This document shows positions 37,958 through 48,628 of a DNA stretch of 64,000 nt, piece after piece (within the stretch, counting starts at the first letter, position 1; each line of letters begins with the position of its first letter). A program made the position numbers and the translations under genes. Source of the stretch: Callorhinchus milii (taxonomy: Eukaryota); contig NW_024704742.1 in the NCBI RefSeq assembly GCF_018977255.1, forward strand, positions 44,084,001-44,148,000, read 5' to 3'. Under the pieces are notes generated by a model. That model saw nothing but the letters and a program-made list of their open reading frames with translations. It was not told the DNA's origin and did no database searches.

Positions 37958-38975
37958 AAAAAAAGAACTTGCATTTTTATAGGCCCTTATCACTTTGAAG
38001 CATCTCAAAGCTTTTTATAATATTCATGTCAAGGTTTTGTAGGCAAACGAGGCAGGCATTAATAATCAGCAAGGTTCCACAAACAGCCATGAGATGACTG
38101 ATCAGTTTATCTGGAGGAAAGTGAGAACAATTCCCTTTAGTATAGTGGAATCTTTAACATCCACCTGAAGAAGAGGTTTACAGAACCTCAGTTAAATGTC
38201 TCATGTGAAGGATGGCACCTCTGACAATGCAGCACTTATCAACAAGAAGAGCCAACAACAACAATTGTTGCATTTGGGATAGCACTTTATCTCATTGTCG
38301 AGATGCCTCAAAGCACTTAATAATAATAATCCTTGCATTTGATATAGCACTTTTCACGACTTCTCGACGTCTCAAAGCGCTTCACAGAATAGACTGCAAA
38401 GTGAATTGACTATATATTTGTGGGCGAACGTGGCAGCCAATTGCGCACAGCAGTGTCCCACAAACAGTCGTGGATTGAAAATGACCAATTTATTATTGTT
38501 TTCGGTTTTGGAGGGATTATTATTAGGCGTGTGGAGTAAGGAAACTTGCCCAAGGTTTCGCCCTCTGCCTGGAATTGAACTCAGGTCCCTCGCTTGCAAA
38601 GCGAGTGCTCTAACCACTGAGCTACAGGACTCCACTAATTCACAGTATATCCAGTAAAATGGATTGACTGTGTATTTTGTGGACGAAATGCTGCAGCAAG
38701 TTTACGCACAGCAATGTCACACAAACAACCATGGAGTGAGAGACCAATTTTATTTGGGGAATTTTTGGCAAGGACACTGGGAGAAACTCCTTTCTCTTTT
38801 TGAATAGTGCCATAACTTCCACCTGAACAGGCAGACGGGACCTAGATTTAACGTCTCATCAGAAGCACAGGACCCCTCAACAAAGTAACAGCCCCCAGCA
38901 TTGTATTGAAGTGTCAGCCTAGACTATGTGATTCCAAGTCCCGACGTGGAGCTTGAATCCACAACCTTCTGACTT
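37958..38975 (-). mobile_element. Two adjacent old Deu-domain-like SINEs (about 37958-38240 and 38253-38975; the second is interrupted by the young SINE)
   Basis: Both alignable to the 30695 copy. Confidence 0.75.
38319..38635 (-). mobile_element. tRNA-derived SINE, short subfamily, nested in an older SINE
   Basis: Full match; host sequence ctcaaagcactt...cacag is interrupted. Confidence 0.93.
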
Positions 38976-40487
38976 CAGCTCTGGAGTGCAGGCCAGTTTT
39001 ATGATCGCAAGTCCTTGTTTGGATTAGAGAGGTGTTTTCTAGGACAGCTGACCTACAGTTCTTCTGCAGCAATAAACAAAACGTTGCCACAAAGAAGAAA
39101 CTATAGTGTTGAGCTACAAACTCAAGTCTGCTAATTAGAATCAGGTAGGGCAGGATTAATGGAAGACCCAAACATAACCAGTAATTTTAAAAATAGTTAG
39201 CCCTCAAATAAAACATCAATTCACATAGTATGAGAAGTGCACCACCTGTGTTCTGTTATCGGATGGGCAAATGGTCATGTGAACACTGTGCAATGAAAGT
39301 GGTGAGCTAGTTCTTGGTAAAACACATATATGTGATCAATGAAGGGTGTTAGAGGGCTCTGAAATAAAAACATACACAAATGGTAAATGTATGGTGCTAT
39401 GTAACTGGGCTTGCGAAAAGAGTCACTCACCAAGCTTCAGTGAAAAGCCTTACTTTCACTGGAGGCTTGGAGATTCCTGAGCAGATTGCGTCTTCTAAAA
39501 GGAACCGATGTCGGACGGAAGATCTTTCTTGGATAAGATCAGATTTTTGGGGGGGGAACTTTCCTCCTCTGGGGGTTTGGTAAACCAAGTCTCCTTGGAA
39601 CTGAGCTGATTCAGTTGTGCTCGGCAACGGAATGTTAGGATCGAGTCAACCTTCTGCGATGGTCTCGGCCGTCCTGGTCCTGAGCCGAGCGGGTCTGCAG
39701 CGCGTTCGGACACCGCTGATGATGGACTAGTCATCCTAACTCATTAGCACGACTCAGAGGGGCTGACAGTTCAATACTAGCAGGGATTCTTCCCGCTCAG
39801 CTCCCGTTAACCCCGCAAGCCGAAGCCCAAATAGGGTGATCCTAGCTGGACAAGCAGTGGTAAGCCTGCCATTAAGCAGTTTTAACTTGGGGCCTCCAAG
39901 TCGTCTCTCTTGCTAATGTGTGCCTGCTGTTCTCCAGAATTAGGTAAGCAGGGCGTGGCGCTCCAGGGAAAGACTGTGCATTCTGTTCCACGTGCGTGGA
40001 ATTTCCATTTGTACTTGACATACATATGTGGAACGCTCAGTCTGGTTTGCATAGTCTTAAGTACAGTGATGGGTGTCTGCATTTGTTGGACACCCAGCTG
40101 ACCACAAACATTTTTTTTNGAATAATAAGTAGCCACTGGAAACAACAGTGCCTCCAGAATTTGTCATTAATATCAATATACAAGTACGAACCTTGTATTT
40201 TGTAAAATCTGCACAATAGAAGGGTATGAATTGAAGCCAGTCAGTGTCACATTTCTGTGAGCCTTTACTTTTGATAAATGCTTTTGTATGTCTGCAGGTG
40301 GTGCATCAAGGCAAAGCAAACACACGCCACCTGTCTTCCATTCAGGTGAGCTGTTTTAATATTAACAATTATTGGACTAACACTGACAGCATGGAACAAA
40401 ACATTCGTACCATTTTATAACTTACATCAAGATTACATTAACCCTTAAGGTTTGTAAATAGATCTTGGAGTTGGGTTCTAACATTGC

Positions 40488-40596
40488 GTAGGGAGCTGAG
40501 TGGTGTATTCTAACATGGGGTGGGTAGAGAGCTTCGCGATGTACTCTGACATTGGGTGTGTAGAGATCTGAGTGCTGAATTCTGACATTGGGTGTG
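40488..40596. repeat. 36-bp minisatellite, about 3 diverged units
   Basis: gtag.gagct...t.ct.acat.gggtg. repeated; shows as a 12-aa periodicity in the minus-strand ORF. Confidence 0.75.
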
Positions 40597-40619
40597 CTAT
40601 TAAGAAAGATTGCACATTA

Positions 40620-40822
40620 AGAAAGATTCTTGATTGAAAGGCGACCTGATTGAAGTGTTTAAAATTATCAAAGGATTCGATAAGGTGGATGTTGATGGGC
40701 TGTTTCCACTTGTTATTGAGTTCAAAACTAGAGAGCATTAATATAACTGGTGGATCCAACAGTAGGGAGTGTAGGAGGAACTTCTTTAGGCTGATGGCGA
40801 CAAGAATGCAGAACTTACAGTG
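40620..40822 (+). mobile_element. CR1 ORF2 C-terminal fragment
   Basis: Translates as KGDLIEVFKIIKGFDKVDVDGLFPLV. Confidence 0.8.
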
Positions 40823-41119
40823 GACTCTGGTTAAGCCAAACACATCGGGGCCAGCCATGTTGTCCGGCTTAAGAAGCATCCCAGGGTAACCGAAGCTCCA
40901 TGACCTGTCCCCGTTCAGCAGAGGAGTAGCAGCAGTGCCTCCTCCCTCCTGTTGCCGTTCCCATTGGATGGGAAGGGGACTAATTAGCGGCGGCTCTGAG
41001 GTGGTTGACAACTTTAGAGCTGATTGTCAATGGATGAGTTCTCCAGACGTTCCTCCTAAACTCCCTATTGGGTCCATCGGTTATCTTATATTTAAGATAA
41101 ATATAAGAGGTGCGCGCAG

Positions 41120-42796
41120 TACAGTGCACGCGTAGTGTGTGTGGTGTGCACTGTGTGTGGTGTGCAGTGTGTGGTGCACAGTGTGTGTGGTGGGTGGTGC
41201 GTGTGGTGGGCGGAGCGCAGCGTGCGGGTGGGTGATGCGCAGTGTGTAGTGCGGTGTGTGGTATGTGTGCGGTGCGTGAAGTGCGGGTGCGGTGCGTAGT
41301 GCGCGGAGCCTAGTGTGTATATGATGTGTAGTGTGTATATGGTGTGGTGCGCGAAGTGCGGTGAGTGAAGTGTGTGTGGTGCAGTGTGCGGTGCAGTGTG
41401 TGGTGTGTGTAGTGCAGTGTTTGGTGTGGTGTGTGTGTAGTGCAGTGTGTGGTGTGTTGTGTGTGTAGTGCAGTGTGTAGTGTGTGTAGTGCAGTGTATG
41501 GTGTGTGGTGTGTGTAGTGCAGTGTATGGTGTGTTGTGTGTGTAGTGCAGTGTGTGGTGTGTGTAGTGCAGTGTATGGTATGGTGTGTGTGTAGTGCAGT
41601 GTGTGGTGTGTTGTGCAGTGTGTGGTGTGTAGTGTATGGTGTGTGTGTAGTGCGGTGTGTGTGTATTGCGGTGTGTGGTGTGTGTGTAGTGCGGTGTGTG
41701 TGTATTGCGGTGTGTGTGTAGTGCGGTGTGTGTGTAGTGCGGTGTGAGGTGTGTGTGTAGTGCGGTGTGTGTGTAGTGCGGTGTGAGGTGTGTGTGTAGT
41801 GCGGTGTGAGATGTGTGTGGTGTGTGTGTAGTCCGGTGTGAGGTGTGTGTGGTGTGTGTGTAGTGCAGTGTGTGTAGTGTGGTGTATGTGTGTAGTGCAG
41901 TGTGTGGTGTGTGTGTAGTGCAGTGTGTGGTGTGTGTGTAGTGCAGTGTGTAGTGTGTGAGTGTAGTGTGTAGTGTGTGTGTAGTGCAGTGTGTGGTGTG
42001 TGTGTAGTGCAGTGTGTAGTGCAGTGTGTGGTGTGTGTGTAGTGCAGTGTGTAGTGTGTGAGTGTAGTGCAGTGTGTGGTGTGTGTGTAGTGCAGTGTGT
42101 AGTGTGTGAGTGTAGTGCAGTGTGTGGTGTGTGTGTAGTGCAGTGTGTAGTGTGTGAGTGTAGTGCAGTGTGTGGTGTGTGTGTAGTGCAGTGTGTGGTG
42201 TGTGTGAGTGTAGTGCAGTGTGTGGTGTGTGTGTAGTGCAGTGTGTAGTGCAGTGTGTGGTGTGTGTGTAGTGCAGTGTGTAGTGTGTGTGAGTGTAGTG
42301 CAGTGTGTGGTGTGTGTGTAGTGCAGTGTGTGGTGTGTGTGTAGTGCAGTGTGTAGTGTGTGTGAGTGTAGTGCAGTGTGTGGTGTGAGTGTAGTGCAGT
42401 GTGTGTATTGCGGTGTGTAGTGCAGTGTGTGAGTGTAGTGCAGTGTGTGGTGTGTGTGTGTAGTGCAGTGTGTGGTGTGTGTGTGTAGTGTGAGTGTGTG
42501 GTGTGTAGTGCAGTGTGTGTGTGTGTAGTGCAGTGTGTGGTGTGTGTGTAGTGCAGTGTGTGTAGTGTGTGGTGTGTAGTGCAGTGTGTGTAGTGCAGTG
42601 TGTGAGTGCAGTGTGTGGTGTGAGTGTAGTGTAGTGTGTGTATTGCGGTGTGTAGTGCAGTGTGTGAGTGTAGTGCAGTGTGTGTAGTGTGTGTGTGAGT
42701 GTAGTGTGTGTGTAGTGTAGTGCAGTGTGTGTGAGTGTAGTGTGAGTGTGTGGTGTGTGTGTAGTGTAGTGCAGTGTGTGAGTGTGTGGTGTGTGA
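41120..42796. repeat. Complex TG-rich minisatellite (GTGTGTAGTGCA-type units)
   Basis: Direct reading; recurring tagtgcagtgtgtggtgtgtgtg units. Confidence 0.97.
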
Positions 42797-42799
42797 GCA

Positions 42800-43111
42800 G
42801 CTGCTGATTGTGGACGAGGCTGTGTGTGTCTCTGGGGGCGGAACCGTTGCTCGGGGACCGGTCGGGCGGCGGACGCTGCGGGTGTCGGACTGTTGCCTGG
42901 AGACAGCAGCGGGCCGCGGGGACCGGAAGTGGCGGCGGACGGGTTGGCGGCGCGCGGGAGGGAGGGAGAGAGGAGAGGAGAGGGGATGGAGGGGGTCGCG
43001 GCGGAGGGCGATGTGGAGGCCGACGGCCAGGAACTGTCAGCCACCATCGCCTACGTGGTGAAGAAACTGAAGTCGTCGCAACTGCACTCGGAGCTGGAGA
43101 GGGAGGCCCGG
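42800..43111 (+). promoter_or_regulatory. Small CpG island / probable TBC1D19 promoter with ETS (GABPA-type) motif CCGGAAGTG at 42923-42931
   Basis: Dense CpG against a CpG-depleted background; ACCGGAAGTGGCGGC about 60 bp before the ATG. Confidence 0.65.
42986..43111 (+). CDS. TBC1D19: TBC1 domain family member 19, coding exon 1
   Basis: MEGVAAEGDVEADGQELSATIAYVVKKLKSSQLHSELEREAR resembles the TBC1D19 N-terminus; CGG|gtaagg donor; lies in a CpG-rich patch. Confidence 0.9.
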
Positions 43112-43115
43112 GTAA

Positions 43116-43332
43116 GGGGGGGCACAGGGTGGGGGCCAGGGGGGGGGCATGGGGGGCACGGGGGGGGGGGCACAGGGAGGGGGCACAGGGGGGGGGGGGG
43201 GCACAGGGGGGGGCACAGGGGGGGCACAGGGGGGGGCACAGGGGGGGCACGGGAGGGGGCACAGGGGGGGGGGGGGGGCACAGGGGGGAGGGGCACGGGG
43301 GGGCACGGGGGGGAGGGGGCACAGGGGGGGCA

Positions 43333-43375
<43 letters not shown>

Positions 43376-43650
43376 GGGGGGGGGCACGGGGGCATGGGGG
43401 GGCACAGGAGGAGGGCATGGGGGCACAGGGGGAGGGGGCACAGGGGGGGGCACAGGGGGAGGGGGGGGGGGGGGGGGGGGCACAGGGGGGGCACAGTGGG
43501 GGGGCAGGGGGGGCACAGGGGAGAGGGCATGGGGGGCACAGGGGGGGGGCACAGGGGGGGCACGGGGGGGGGGCACAGGGGGAGGGGCATGGGGGGCACG
43601 GGGGGAGGGGGCAAGGGGGGGCACAGTGGGGAGGGGGCACAGGGGGAGGA
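43116..43650. repeat. G-run array (GGGGGCACA / GGGGGCATG units with long poly-G) at the start of TBC1D19 intron 1
   Basis: Direct reading; includes an uninterrupted G run of over 30 nt near 43333-43370. Confidence 0.97.
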
Positions 43651-43734
43651 GAGAGAGAGTGGATGCCATTGATGGATGTAGTGGGGACCGGGACGAGGAC
43701 GAGGATGGTAACCCCACAGCTGGAGTGCACGTCC

Positions 43735-44088
43735 CTGACTGTCCAGCACTTCGGGATTGTCCTCTCGACCTGAAAGGCGCTACACAAATAGAATTTGTTG
43801 TCGTTGTTGTTGTTGTTGTCGTCGTCATCGGGCTTTCAGCTTTTCTGCCCCCACCCTCTGAAACTGCATCCCAGAGCCCCTCCGCCTCACCCCTTCCCAG
43901 TCTGTCTCAAGACCTCCCTCTTTGATGGTACCTTTGGTTATCTTTCCCACATCCCCAGTGGTTCCCTCCCTCCCTCCCTCCCTCCCGAATCCAACCCCCA
44001 GATCAGGTGCAACCCTCAACTGTCCAGCACTTTGGGACATCCTCCTGATATGAAAGGCGCTATATAAATGTAATTTGTTGTTATTGTG
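43735..44088 (+). mobile_element. Isolated L2-type tail (43735-43828) followed by an L2 3' end (43829-44088)
   Basis: AFSFSAPTLxNCIP..., LKTSLFDGTF; gaaaggcgctatataaatgtaatttgttgtt. Confidence 0.8.
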
Positions 44089-45044
44089 TAGGAAGCATTG
44101 AAAATAATTTAAATAATTTGCTAACCATACAGAATAGTACTTGTCCAGGTGGGATTAGGCTCACGGGAATGATCTGGTTGGGCTCCTCGTGCTGTGTACA
44201 GTTCTGATTGCCGTGGCACAGTGGGCTGCTCATACCCTGGACGCAGTGGGGAGGACAACATTGAGGCTCATCCCATAAGCTATGAGAAATGACGAGATAA
44301 ATTCAGGTTTTTCCAGTCTTGCAAAGTTGTTTCAGAGAAGACTAAACGTGATGGAGAAAGTAAACACAGATCAATGCTGTCAGATAAACTAAAGACAGCG
44401 AGAATAATAGAATGCAAGTTCAGGAAGTAATTCTTTACGTAGATTGGGCTGCAGTGCTGTGACAATTTATATCACATTTAAGAATCAGCAATGTCATTCT
44501 AGAATATAATCAAGGATCTCAAATCATTCTTACTTTTTGTTCCTCATGGTGCTGCACAAATACTGTATATGAGTCAAATATACCAGTGCCATGGTCCATA
44601 CCCACTCTCTAAACAGAGGCACATTCCAAAAACTGTTCCAACCCTCTCACACCATAGTCCTAGCCAAAGATCTGTTTAAGACTATAACGGTACAAATAAA
44701 TTCACAGTCACTTTCCAATGACAGGGATAGAGTTTAGCAGAAAGTCAACACAATAGATTCCCAAAGGGGAGACACCTCCTAATTTGCTGAGCAACACTGA
44801 CCCCTGTTGAGTACTTGCAGGTAAATGTTGCTAAAATATTTGGCACAGATTAGAGAGACTGAAATATCTTAATGACTGGCAACATGAAAATCAGTTGCAA
44901 GCTAAAAATTCAATAAGGCTATTCAACAAAAACAACTTGCATTTGTATAGTATCCTTCTTGCATACAGTGTCATGGGGGCTTAAACCAGGAAAGAATGCG
45001 GCTTGTATTGCAAAGAAGTGTGGCTTTTTTAATCCATAACCTCC

Positions 45045-45280
45045 AGTTGGTAGCACTCTCACCTCTGAGTCAGAAGCTTGTGAGTTCAAGTCCCGGCAAG
45101 GGACTTGATCTCACAAGCTGAGATATCCCTTGCTGGGACTTGATCTCACATAGTCTAAGATAATACTCCAGTGCAGTGGTGCAATTGTTTTGCATTCTTG
45201 GCTGAGACGTTCAATTGAGGTCCAATCTACCTGTTTGCCACAACTTGAAATAGGCAAGGGAGTTTCACCCGGGGTCCTGA
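45045..45280 (+). mobile_element. Old Deu-domain-like SINE, 5' part, with a small internal duplication (gggacttgatctcaca twice)
   Basis: gttggtagcactctcacctctgagtcagaagcttgtgagttcaagtccc head. Confidence 0.7.
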
Positions 45281-45604
45281 CATTATGAAGGTAATGGAAC
45301 AACGTGTGCCCATGGGAAGCAAAAGTACCATGCTTAAAGGCAGTCCTGCCTGGTTGGATGGGGCTACAAAGCAACTCATCAATGTCAGAAGACATACAAA
45401 GTTTTCTATGCCATTCTGATTCCCTTTTTTTTACAGTTCTGGCATGTCTTCTGGTATTGAATCTGACATAACTCTGCCGTTTTCCTTCATTGACCTTAAA
45501 TGCTTTTTTCCTTTTGATGAGTTGCTTTGTTTGTGGCGATGAGTGGCAGCATTTTGTGGACTAATTTTTCTGCTTTGGCTGCTTAATTAGTTTACTTTCT
45601 GCTT

Positions 45605-45937
45605 ATAATAATAATAATAATAATAATAATCCTTGCATTTGATATAGCGCTTTTCACGTCGGGAGGACGTCTCAAAGCGCTTCACAGAATATACTGTAAA
45701 GTGAATTTACTGTATATTTGTGGGCGAAACGCGGCAGCCAATTGCACACAGCAATGTCCCACAAACTGTCTTGGATTGAAAATGACCAATTTATTATTTT
45801 TTTGTTTTGGAGGGATTATTATTAGGCTCTGTGTGGAGTAAGGAAACTTGCCCAAGGTTTCGCCCTCTGCCTGGAATTGAACTCAGGTCTCTCACTTGCA
45901 AAGCGAGTGCTCTAACCACTGAGCTACAGGACTCCAC
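45605..45937 (-). mobile_element. tRNA-derived SINE, short subfamily, TBC1D19 intron 1
   Basis: Full match to the family. Confidence 0.93.
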
Positions 45938-47204
45938 GTTTATACCGGTTTATGCAGCACCTTTGATGTCTGGATCGTGTCCGAAGGCACTTAATTTAGT
46001 AAATTTTTTGAAAACTTTTCTTGTATGCAAAGTTATGGTCAGTTGAGTGGCATGCATTCAAAAATATCACAGTACTTTCAACATGTTTTAGTTCTGACAA
46101 CATAAGTAACAGTAGGAAGAACACAGGTATAAATGAGGCAATGCAGGGATTTGGGTCCATAAGCCAGGGCTACAAATGGTCTGACCAGACCTGATCAGCG
46201 CTTTGAAGTGGTCAGGTCATCGCTGATGTAACTTTCTGTGTGCTATGCTAGGAACCATTACTCTCTGTGCAGAAAGCTGATTAATTAGGGTCAGAAGCAG
46301 AAAAGTTCCAAGCATCTGATGCAGAGAAGATCCAATCCACGTTTACTCATTTTTGAGAGTTTTGGATTTGGGCACAAATGGCAGAATATCAGTAATGCAC
46401 TGTCATTGGTGGAATAATCCTTTCTTTGCAGATTAATTTTAAAGTGTAACGGTTAGGATTTACATAGATGAAATGATGTTTTGTCCTTTTTGGAACATTG
46501 TCTTTAGATGGCGGAGTGCTGATATAGCAGTAAGTAGGAGCGCAGTTGTTATTCGATTGGCAGATCACTCTCTGGGGGTTATCCCTCAAAAAAAAAGTTT
46601 GGTCACTCAATCCATGACTGTTTGTGGGACACTGCTGTGCACAATTGACTGCTGCGTTTCGCTAATAAATACATAGTTAATCCACGTTACAGTATATTCT
46701 GTGAAGCGCTTTGAGGCGTCTCAACAACGTGATTATTATTATATTAGAAGCAGCAGACTGGAGGTATAGTTTGAGGAGGTTAGTTTTATTCTTGACATTG
46801 GCAAAGCTATTGCCATTAACGTTATGTGCATCTTTTCAACTCTGCATGTTAACTTTGAGCCATCACGCCTTGTGGAAGACACTATATAAGTATACAACAA
46901 CAACAACTTGGATTTATATAGTGCCCTCCATGCTGGACAGCGTCTCAGAGCGCTTTACAGTAACGGATCCCGGCATATATGTTGTTAACTGTTGGATTTA
47001 GTAGCTACTCCAAGCCTGGTGATATCACTCAATGGAAAGTCATCATAATTCTTTCTATCTTAGAAGTAATGATGGTGACGTTTGCATTATTTTATTTTAA
47101 ATCGTTCCTGAAATATATATGCATATATATATGCATACTATATCCATCGTAGTGCGATGTAAACTGATAATTGTCATATTATTGAGCATTTTAATTGACA
47201 TCTG

Positions 47205-47706
47205 TACAACAACAACAAATTACACTTGTATAGCATCCTTCATGTTTTGGACCCGAGCTGGGAGTTGGGGTCAGGAGGAATGGAGGGCAGGGGCGGTGTG
47301 GGTGGCCGAAGGCACAGCCTTTCGACAAGACTTGGAGGCGAGAGAGGGGTGAGGCGGAGGGATTGTGGGATAGAGCTCCAGACATGCTGGGGGCAGACAT
47401 GCTGAATACACGACTGCCCGTTGGGACGCGAAGTGCGAGGAACGTGAAGCAGGCCAGTGTCCGCCAAGTGGAGGGAGCGAACAGGCTGATATGGGGTTAG
47501 GAGGCCGCAGAGATAGGTGGGAGCAAGACCATGGAGGGCTGTGAAGGTGAGAACAGGGTTTTGAACTTGATTCTCTGAGGGGTGGGGAGCCAGTGAAGCC
47601 GGGCAAGGAAGGGGGTGATCGGTTCGTGGAGCCTGGTGCAGGAGAGGACACAAGCTGCAGCGTTCCGAATAATCTGCATCTTGTGGATGGAAGAGTTGGG
47701 AAGTAC
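47205..47706 (-). mobile_element. L2 LINE 3' end, TBC1D19 intron 1
   Basis: IHKMQIIRNAAACVLSCTRLHEPITPFLARLHWLPTPQRIKFK; TALHGLAPTYL. Confidence 0.9.
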
Positions 47707-47824
47707 CCATGAAATAAACAAAAAAAGCACAGTTGGGTACACTGTACAATTGTGAGATGTATCGTTTACGAGGTCTCTTACTTTTATTTCGGTGATTTGG
47801 GATTATCCAGAATTGTAAGAATTA

Positions 47825-47918
47825 CAGGGTGACCAAAAAGTGATACCATTACAATGTCTTAAAGAAATGATGATATTTTTAGGTAATAGGGTAGCGTCAC
47901 GACTTTTAAGTCACCCTG
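47825..47918. mobile_element. 94-bp Tc1/mariner-type MITE
   Basis: TA flanks on both sides; TIRs cagggtgaccaaaaagt and acttttaagtcaccctg (15 of 17 match). Confidence 0.8.
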
Positions 47919-48038
47919 TATATAGGTTATATATTGCAGATATATTGCAGCGTGGTCCCTCTGAGATGCATTTCCATTGTTTTTTGTTCTGTAACCAACA
48001 TCCAGAGTTTTCAACCTCTGTTCCTGTCTTTTTTGCAG

Positions 48039-48111
48039 ACTAGTCTTCATAAATCAGAGATTCGAATTGACACTCTCAAGGAAGATCTGAAGGTATTCTT
48101 GCAGAAATCAG
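48039..48111 (+). CDS. TBC1D19: TBC1D19 exon 2 (73 bp)
   Basis: ttttgcag acceptor; TSLHKSEIRIDTLKEDLKVFLQKS; G|gtatta. Confidence 0.92.
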
Positions 48112-48582
48112 GTATTAGTTCTACATCTACAGTAAATCCTGTGAAGCACTTTGAGACGTCTTGACGACGTGATAAGGCGCTATACCAAATGCAAGGATTA
48201 TTATTACATTAGATAGTTTTTGGTTTTGTTATTTTAAATTATATTATAACAATTGAAGACGAGGAAGCAATGTACTGAAGTAACAATGGAAACAAAGAAG
48301 AAATCTGACTGATCACTCAGACAGTAAGCACTTGTGGAATTGTGTAGTTTGTGATGGAATAATTTGGGGCTAAATATATTTGTATATCTTGTATTTGAAG
48401 ATATATTTGATGGCTTTATCATAAAACATTGTTTTTGAAGCACTATATATAACAAAAGAAGCCTTGGAATCAGCCTGATTCTTGCCTGACTTTAGAATGT
48501 CAATGTCCTTTTCAAGATACGGAGCCAGAAAGTACCCTATAAATGTGGCTTTAGCACTCAGTATTTTTTTCTTGTTTTGTAG

Positions 48583-48628
48583 GTTGGGAGAAAAAGCTGC
48601 AGAATGCTGTTTACCGTGAGCTCAATGT
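48583..48628 (+). CDS. TBC1D19: TBC1D19 exon 3 (46 bp)
   Basis: ttttgtag acceptor; GWEKKLQNAVYRELNV; GT|gtatgt. Confidence 0.92.

Noticed and set aside
39714..39768. TGATGA...CTGA suggesting a C/D snoRNA or hammerhead
   Set aside because: Spacing is short, there is no terminal stem or intronic host context, and no GAAA follows the putative stem II
40119..40119. Single N base
   Set aside because: Assembly ambiguity after a T run, not biological
40488..40596. 36-bp periodic repeats as a CRISPR-like array
   Set aside because: Contiguous diverged tandem units without unique spacers, in a vertebrate context with no cas genes
40478..41011. 177-aa minus-strand ORF
   Set aside because: Overlaps an antisense CR1 fragment and a 36-bp minisatellite; no coherent product
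41092..43925. Very long ORFs (651 aa and 825 aa His/Thr/Pro-rich; 258-321 aa Gly-rich)
   Set aside because: They are translations of the TG and G-run arrays, which lack stop codons in those frames; only 42986-43111 has a recognisable product and splice signal
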